IMG/VR virus record: IMGVR_UViG_3300038976_000011
Location: 1-62,227 of that record
DNA length: 62,227 bases
Origin: a virus
Taxonomy: Duplodnaviria > Caudoviricetes
Direction: 5' to 3' (one strand)
The translations under genes and the position numbers were made by a program. How positions within the stretch are numbered: the stretch's first letter is position 1; every line of letters begins with the position of its first letter. Shown in pieces: positions 57,151-62,227 of the stretch. The notes beneath the pieces were generated by a model, which saw only the letters and a program-made list of their open reading frames with translations, was not told the origin of the DNA and searched no databases.

Positions 57151-57593
57151 TGCCCACCCGCGTGTTCGACGGCATCAACCGGATCATCGAGATGCTCACG
57201 GCAGCCGGCGCGAACGTCGTCGACGGGCCGCTGGTGGACGGGGACACCGCCACCAAAATCTTCGTCGGCTTCGACGCTGACCCGGAAGGCGACTGGTCCA
57301 CCGCGGTCATCGAACAGGACTGGTCCGGTATCGGGTCCTCCCGGAAACGGGACGAGCAGTTCGACATCGTCGGCGCGGTGGTGTGCGCCTACTCGGCCGA
57401 CAACATGAAGACGTTGCGGGCACGGGTGCAGGAACAGTTCACGCTGGTGGAGTCCACGATCCTCGCGGACCCGTCCCTCAGCCTGCCCGGCCAGGTCGAC
57501 TACTGCGTCGCTGGCGTGCACCCGGTCCAGTTGTTCGCCGAGTCCGGTCAGTACCGGTTGACGTTCGTGATCCGCGTCAAGACCCGCGTCTAG
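57150..57593 (+). CDS. Tail completion/terminator-like protein
   Basis: VVDGP...ILADPSL; synteny. Confidence 0.6.
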   Translation: MPTRVFDGINRIIEMLTAAGANVVDGPLVDGDTATKIFVGFDADPEGDWSTAVIEQDWSGIGSSRKRDEQFDIVGAVVCAYSADNMKTLRARVQEQFTLVESTILADPSLSLPGQVDYCVAGVHPVQLFAESGQYRLTFVIRVKTRV

Positions 57594-57613
57594 GGAAAAG
57601 GAAACCCCCAGCC

Positions 57614-57913
57614 ATGTTGCGATTCCGCCTGCTCGCAGACTCCGCGATCGATGTGTACCACCCCGCCGGTCACGGCGACTCGCTTCGTATCGATCCCGGC
57701 AAGACCGTGGAGGTGGCCGGCGAGGTGGTGACGTCGCGGCCGAAGCCGAAGGGCGACGAGCCGGAGCCGGCACCGCTGCCGGATGACGCCTACATCGTCG
57801 TCAACAACGGCGAGGAGAAGGCCTGGCCCCACACCCTGTGGGAGCTCGTGGAAGACAAGCCGGCCTCCAAGACCGCGGCGAAGCCCGAGTCGAAGACCGA
57901 GCCCGCTACCTGA
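57614..57913 (+). CDS. Hypothetical tail-region protein
   Basis: ORF upstream of the major tail gene. Confidence 0.6.
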   Translation: MLRFRLLADSAIDVYHPAGHGDSLRIDPGKTVEVAGEVVTSRPKPKGDEPEPAPLPDDAYIVVNNGEEKAWPHTLWELVEDKPASKTAAKPESKTEPAT

Positions 57914-58670
57914 GGATGTCGCCCTGCGCATGATGCAAGGCGGTGTGCTCGCTGTTGGTGAGTGGTAGCAAGTTAGAACGGTCGTTGTTGTCCTTCACGC
58001 CGTCGATGTGATGGACCACGATCTCCGGCCGCAGATAGAGCTTGTACCCAAGCTGCATGAGGTAGGGGCTACTGGGGTTCGTGTCGCGTAGATGCTCCTC
58101 GGCAACCAGGCGGTGTTCGAGCACGTAACCGTCTCTGTCGCTGAACGGGTGGTCGCGGGCGTCGACCTTGACGTATCCGTGGTATCGCATCCAACCGCGG
58201 TAGCGGATGGATCGGACGCCGCGCGAGTTGTGTCCGTTGATATAGCGGCGTCCACGGGGCGCTGTTCGTCCACATTGACAGGCGCAGTCCATCGGCGGGG
58301 CGGCCGGTAGGCGGTTCCGGGCGGGCTTGCCATATGCGGGGTTCAAGGCGCCGAGCTTTGAGGCCCGGAGCTTCGCGATCGTCTCGGGTGAACGCTTCTG
58401 GCCGCGCAGGTGATGAGTGGGCAGGTACCGCTTGCCGGGAGACGCGAGCGCGCCGCACCCACACGCGCACGGCGCCGCAGGAGGTCGGTCCTTCTTCTGT
58501 TGCAATCGGAGGTTGTGTCCGAGCACGAATTTGGGCGCGGTCGGGTAGTGCTCGGCCTTGATAGTGACCTGTTCACCGCAACCGCAGTGACACGGACGGT
58601 CCCCCTGCTGGGCAAGAGCCCACGCAGTTCGGGTGCCTTTGGGGACACGGATTCCCCTGCTCTTCGTCAT
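57906..58670 (-). CDS. HNH homing endonuclease with NUMOD3-like and CxCGCG repeats (antisense)
   Basis: CHCGCG/CACGCG/CACQCG, KRSPETIAKLR, YVLEHRLV, VHHIDGVKDNN...NL. Confidence 0.88.
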   Translation of the reverse strand: MTKSRGIRVPKGTRTAWALAQQGDRPCHCGCGEQVTIKAEHYPTAPKFVLGHNLRLQQKKDRPPAAPCACGCGALASPGKRYLPTHHLRGQKRSPETIAKLRASKLGALNPAYGKPARNRLPAAPPMDCACQCGRTAPRGRRYINGHNSRGVRSIRYRGWMRYHGYVKVDARDHPFSDRDGYVLEHRLVAEEHLRDTNPSSPYLMQLGYKLYLRPEIVVHHIDGVKDNNDRSNLLPLTNSEHTALHHAQGDILR

Positions 58671-58698
58671 CCCCAAAGTGTATCAGAAGGAGCATATT

Positions 58699-59730
58699 GT
58701 GAGCACGGGTTCCGGGCTTGACGCCCAGTTTATGGTGGCCACGGAGTCCACCTGGGGTACCCCCGTCACGGTCACCCGTGGCTACGAGATCCTCAGCGAG
58801 TCGCTGAACCGTGACATCACCTACGTGGACTCCGCGGGTCTGCGGGTCGGTACCACGTTCAAGCGGTCGGCGCGCACCAAGCAGGCCAGGTTCAGTGTCG
58901 GCGGCGACGTCGAGCTCGAGCTCCCCACGTTGGGTGCGGGTCTGCTGGTGAAGCACATGCTGGGCTCCACCGTGACGACCACGACCCTGGTGTCGGGGTC
59001 GGCGTACAAGCAGATCCACACCCCCTCCGGGTTGGCGGGTCTCGGCTTGACGATGCAGGTCGGTCGCCCGGAGCCGACGTCGCCGTACACGGTGCGGCCG
59101 TTCACCTACGAGGGCTGCAAGATCACCAAGTGGGAGATCAGCCTCAAGGACGGTGAGCTGGCGAAGCTGAAGCTGTCGGTGGACGGCCAGGAGGAGTCGA
59201 CGGTGACCGCGCTCGCCACCGCCTCCTACCTGGCCGGTACGCAGGTGTTCCCCTTCCTGCAGTCCACGATCAAGCTGGGTGGCACGGCGACCACCGCGGC
59301 CGGTGAGACCACGGTCGCGGGCGGTACAGCGTTGGCGACGGTCGCCAAGTCCATCACCATCTCCGGGGACAATGCGGTCGCCACCGACCGGTACGGACTC
59401 GGGAACGCGGGGCAGAAGCGTGAGCAGCTGCAGAACGGGATGCAGACGATCACGGTCAAGCTCGACACCGAGTTCTCGAAGACGGAACTGTACGACCTGT
59501 ACACGGCGGGTACCCCGACGCCGATGCAGTTCGACCTGACCGGCGCGGCGATCGGTGCCGCGAACTACCTGTTCTCGGTGATCCTCCCGGCCTGTTTCCT
59601 CAAGAAAGCGCCGCCTGCTGTGTCCGGCCCGGACATCGTGCAGATGTCGACGGAATGGGAAGCGGAATGGGACGAAACCAACCCGCCGATCCAAATCAAG
59701 ATTGTGTCGACTGAGTCCACGAACATCTGA
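58699..59730 (+). CDS. Major tail (tube) protein
   Basis: GSGLDAQF...ESTWGTPVT...LTMQVGRP...YEGCKI. Confidence 0.85.
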   Translation: MSTGSGLDAQFMVATESTWGTPVTVTRGYEILSESLNRDITYVDSAGLRVGTTFKRSARTKQARFSVGGDVELELPTLGAGLLVKHMLGSTVTTTTLVSGSAYKQIHTPSGLAGLGLTMQVGRPEPTSPYTVRPFTYEGCKITKWEISLKDGELAKLKLSVDGQEESTVTALATASYLAGTQVFPFLQSTIKLGGTATTAAGETTVAGGTALATVAKSITISGDNAVATDRYGLGNAGQKREQLQNGMQTITVKLDTEFSKTELYDLYTAGTPTPMQFDLTGAAIGAANYLFSVILPACFLKKAPPAVSGPDIVQMSTEWEAEWDETNPPIQIKIVSTESTNI

Positions 59731-60284
59731 TGCCGCCGATCCGGATCTCCATCGCGGCGACGAACGTGTCGGAGTACCGCAAGCTGGCGAAGGAGCTCCG
59801 GAAAGCCGGCAAAACGGATCTGCGGAAACAACTGCGAAAGCAGATCGCCGACGCCGGGCGCCCTGTGTTGGATGACGTGAAGGCAGCGGTGCGGGACATG
59901 CCGGTGACGTCACGCGGTGGCGGCGGTGCGCAGCGGCGCCGGTTCAACGTGGCGCGTGCGTCGACGGAGCGGGCGAAGGCGTCTGCCGCCCGTCGCGGCG
60001 CTGGTCTGCGGTCCACGATCGCGTCGGCGACGAAGTTGCAGATCACCGCGAAGGGTGTGCGGTTCGTGGTGCAGTCATCGAAGCTGCCCGCTGATCAGCG
60101 CACGCTCCCCCGTCATCTGGACAGTGAGAAGGGGTGGCGGCACCCGGTGTTTGGTGATCGGGATGTGTGGGTGACACAGAAAGGCCGACCGTATTTCGGG
60201 TCGACGATTAAGCGGAAGGCCCCGGCGTTCCGTAAGGCGATCGTGGACGCGATGGAAAAGATCCGGCAACAGTTGAGCCGGTAA
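59730..60284 (+). CDS. HK97 gp10-like tail component
   Basis: Basic protein; GWRHPVFG...WVTQ..RPYF. Confidence 0.65.
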   Translation: MPPIRISIAATNVSEYRKLAKELRKAGKTDLRKQLRKQIADAGRPVLDDVKAAVRDMPVTSRGGGGAQRRRFNVARASTERAKASAARRGAGLRSTIASATKLQITAKGVRFVVQSSKLPADQRTLPRHLDSEKGWRHPVFGDRDVWVTQKGRPYFGSTIKRKAPAFRKAIVDAMEKIRQQLSR

Positions 60285-60309
60285 GCAAACTGTTAGAGGG
60301 GAAATAGAG

Positions 60310-60663
60310 ATGGCTCGGTTCAAGATAGAAGACCGCGAGTACGAGTTCGACGGCGAGTTCACCGCTGCGGAGGCAATGCAGTTCTTCGACAGGGCGCACA
60401 TCGGCATGGCGCAGGTGGACGCCGAGCTTGAGCGGTGGAACCCGTACGCGATCGTCACCTTCATGCACATCTTGAAGACCCGCGCAGGTGAGAAGGTCCG
60501 GTGGGAGGACTTGATGAGCCTGCCGGTCAGGGTGTTCACGCCGGTCATCGAGGACACGTCGTCCGTCGACGGTGAGCCGAACCCGGCGGAGGGACAGCGG
60601 GAGGCGCAGGACCCTACCAGGGACGCTGGGACAACCCCCGAGAGCGATACCACCAGTACCTAG
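60310..60663 (+). CDS. Tail assembly chaperone (G)
   Basis: Between the tail tube region and the tape measure gene; ends ...DPT... Confidence 0.8.
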   Translation: MARFKIEDREYEFDGEFTAAEAMQFFDRAHIGMAQVDAELERWNPYAIVTFMHILKTRAGEKVRWEDLMSLPVRVFTPVIEDTSSVDGEPNPAEGQREAQDPTRDAGTTPESDTTST

Positions 60664-60773
60664 TCGCGTTCGCGTTCCACTTCAGCTTGCGTCCCGCTGA
60701 TGTGCGCTCTTTGACGTTGTTCGAGTTCGACCAGTTCGCGTCCACCATCGATCACATGGCGGAGGAGGACTGA
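60310..60773 (+). CDS. Tail assembly chaperone frameshift product (GT), -1 shift near GAC CCT A (60610-60616)
   Basis: The -1 frame is open from 60612 to TGA 60771-60773, which overlaps the tape measure ATG, and has no start codon of its own. Confidence 0.7.
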
Positions 60774-62227
60774 TGGCCGACCTGAGCTTCAACATCGTGG
60801 CGTTGGACAAGGCCGGGTCGACGTTCATCAAGCTCGCCGAGCAGGTCGACAAGCTGTCCGACAAGCTGGACCGGCTGGACCGCAAGGACGTCACCGCCAC
60901 CGTCAACGTCAAAACCGACGAGTCCCGCAGAGCACTCGACAGCTTCACCACCCGCTGGCAGTTGATGGCCACCGGGATCGCGGCGGCGTCCCCAGCGATC
61001 GGGGCTGCCCTCGTCGCAGGTGTCGGCGCTGGGTTCATCGGTGTGGCGGCGATCGCCCAGTCCTCCAACTCGGAGGTCCAGGAGTCCTACAAGGGACTCT
61101 GGCAGGACGTTGTCGCCACCACCCGCAACTCCACGCAGCAGCTGGTGCCGTTCTTCGTGGGCGCTGCGACCCAGATGAGCAGCGCGGTCCACCAGCTGGG
61201 TCCGCAGATCGCGGAAGCGTTCTCGGCGGCAGGACCGTCGATCAACGCCTTGACCCGGGGCATCACCGACGCAGCCACGAACGCAATGCCGGGCCTTGTG
61301 ACAGCGATGCAAAACGGGTTGCCGGTCATGGAGGGCGTGTCCCTCGCGATGGGGCAGCTCGGCGCGGCCGGCGGGCAGGCGTTCGCGGACCTGTCGCAGC
61401 ACGCGCAGGCGTTGGGGACCGGCATCCAGTCGTTCGGGTCGATCGTGTCGACGGTCCTCGGCCTGGCTGTCGATTTGGTGGCGGACCTGTCGGAGGCGTG
61501 GGCCGCGAACGCGGACTCGATCGACGGCGCGATCGCGGGGGTCGCCCAGGTCATCTCCGGGCTCGCTTCGGGTGTGCTGCCGGTGCTCACCGCGGCGTTG
61601 GGTGCGGTGTCGTCGACGATCCAGGCGGTCACCTCTGTCCTCGGCCCCCTCGCGCCCGCGTTGGGGTTTGTGGGTGGGGCAGCGTTGGCGACGTGGGCCG
61701 CGTTCAAGCTCGCGGACGTTGTGTCGGTCGGTGTGAAGCGGTTGGCGCTCGGCGTGGTAACGCTGGGCGGCAACATGGAAGGCGCGGCCGTCAAGTCGGC
61801 GGGCATGATCGCCGGCATGCGTGGCGTGTCCGTCGCCGCCTCAACAACCGCGACCACAGTCGCGGCGGCCGGGCGCGCTACCGCTACAGCGGCGGTGACG
61901 ATGGGTGCCTCGCTGGCCGCGATCGCCGGGCCGTTGGGGATCGTGTTGACGGCGGGCGCTGTGCTGTGGAGCCTGTTCGCGTCGTCCACGGATGAGGCCA
62001 GCACCAGCGCGGTGGACGCGGCGACAGGGATCGACACGGTCACCGCTGCCCTGCAGCGAAGCCACGGCGCGGTGGACCAGTCGGTGCGGGACTCGGTGAA
62101 GTCGCTGGCCGGCTACTCGGAGGTGGCCCGCATCACGGGCGCGGTCGGGGTCACCCAAACCGAGCTCACCAACGCGATCATGAAGGGCGGGTCGGCGCTC
62201 GACGCGATCAAAGCCCCGCTGCAGGCG
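60773..62227 (+). CDS. Tape measure protein, 5' part (continues across the junction into 1-3541; about 1622 aa including the intein)
   Basis: ATG at 60773 overlaps the TGA of the chaperone frameshift ORF and follows a GGAGGAGG RBS; Ala/Gly-rich helical sequence; in frame with ORF 23..3541 via the 127-bp overlap. Confidence 0.9.
   Translation, partial: MADLSFNIVALDKAGSTFIKLAEQVDKLSDKLDRLDRKDVTATVNVKTDESRRALDSFTTRWQLMATGIAAASPAIGAALVAGVGAGFIGVAAIAQSSNSEVQESYKGLWQDVVATTRNSTQQLVPFFVGAATQMSSAVHQLGPQIAEAFSAAGPSINALTRGITDAATNAMPGLVTAMQNGLPVMEGVSLAMGQLGAAGGQAFADLSQHAQALGTGIQSFGSIVSTVLGLAVDLVADLSEAWAANADSIDGAIAGVAQVISGLASGVLPVLTAALGAVSSTIQAVTSVLGPLAPALGFVGGAALATWAAFKLADVVSVGVKRLALGVVTLGGNMEGAAVKSAGMIAGMRGVSVAASTTATTVAAAGRATATAAVTMGASLAAIAGPLGIVLTAGAVLWSLFASSTDEASTSAVDAATGIDTVTAALQRSHGAVDQSVRDSVKSLAGYSEVARITGAVGVTQTELTNAIMKGGSALDAIKAPLQA

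Larger units (their letters stand above)
1..62227. mobile_element. Complete temperate siphovirus genome (circular, 62,100 bp unique), actinomycete host inferred
   Basis: Full head, tail, lysis, integration and replication gene set; the exact 127-bp end overlap closes the tape measure ORF in frame. Confidence 0.95.

Noticed and set aside
62101-62227. 127-bp terminal direct repeat as a biological phage DTR
   Set aside because: It falls inside the tape measure ORF, its length matches a common assembler k-mer, and the HNH-terS-terL layout suggests cos packaging elsewhere.

Overview
The window is a complete, circularly assembled genome of a high-GC temperate siphovirus. It has 62,100 unique bp, because bases 1-127 repeat exactly at 62101-62227. 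WhiB genes, an Xre/DUF397 pair and a TraB-type translocase point to a filamentous actinomycete host (inference). Layout: HNH-TerS-TerL, a fused portal/protease, an HK97 capsid and the tail genes (46174-62227, wrapping to 6640); lysis genes (6.7-9.4 kb); a leftward accessory arm (9.5-23.3 kb); a large serine integrase with repressor/Cro (23.4-26.2 kb); and early genes for recombination, methylation and lambda-like replication (26-45 kb). The main candidate for a new system is an apparently intact plasmid/AICE-type conjugal transfer module carried inside the phage. It comprises an FtsK/TraB DNA translocase, Spd-like membrane genes, and an array of about ten 8-bp G(G/A)GTTAG(G/A) repeats abutting the traB stop codon, as clt loci do. 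It also has its own operator-bearing promoter facing an Xre/DUF397 pair. Downstream lie a second, Xer-like recombinase, a DUF262 ParB-like protein and a palindrome of two DnaA boxes. Together these suggest a phage able to spread hypha-to-hypha as naked DNA. Other notable items: a 354-aa LAGLIDADG intein inside the transglycosylase motif of the tape measure protein; a non-canonical tRNA-like cloverleaf in a small self-regulated cassette; a recoded 3' end of the capsid gene next to a homing endonuclease; a portal-protease fusion with an internal start; and palindromic iterons inside the replication initiator. All family assignments come from motif recognition by eye, not from database searches.
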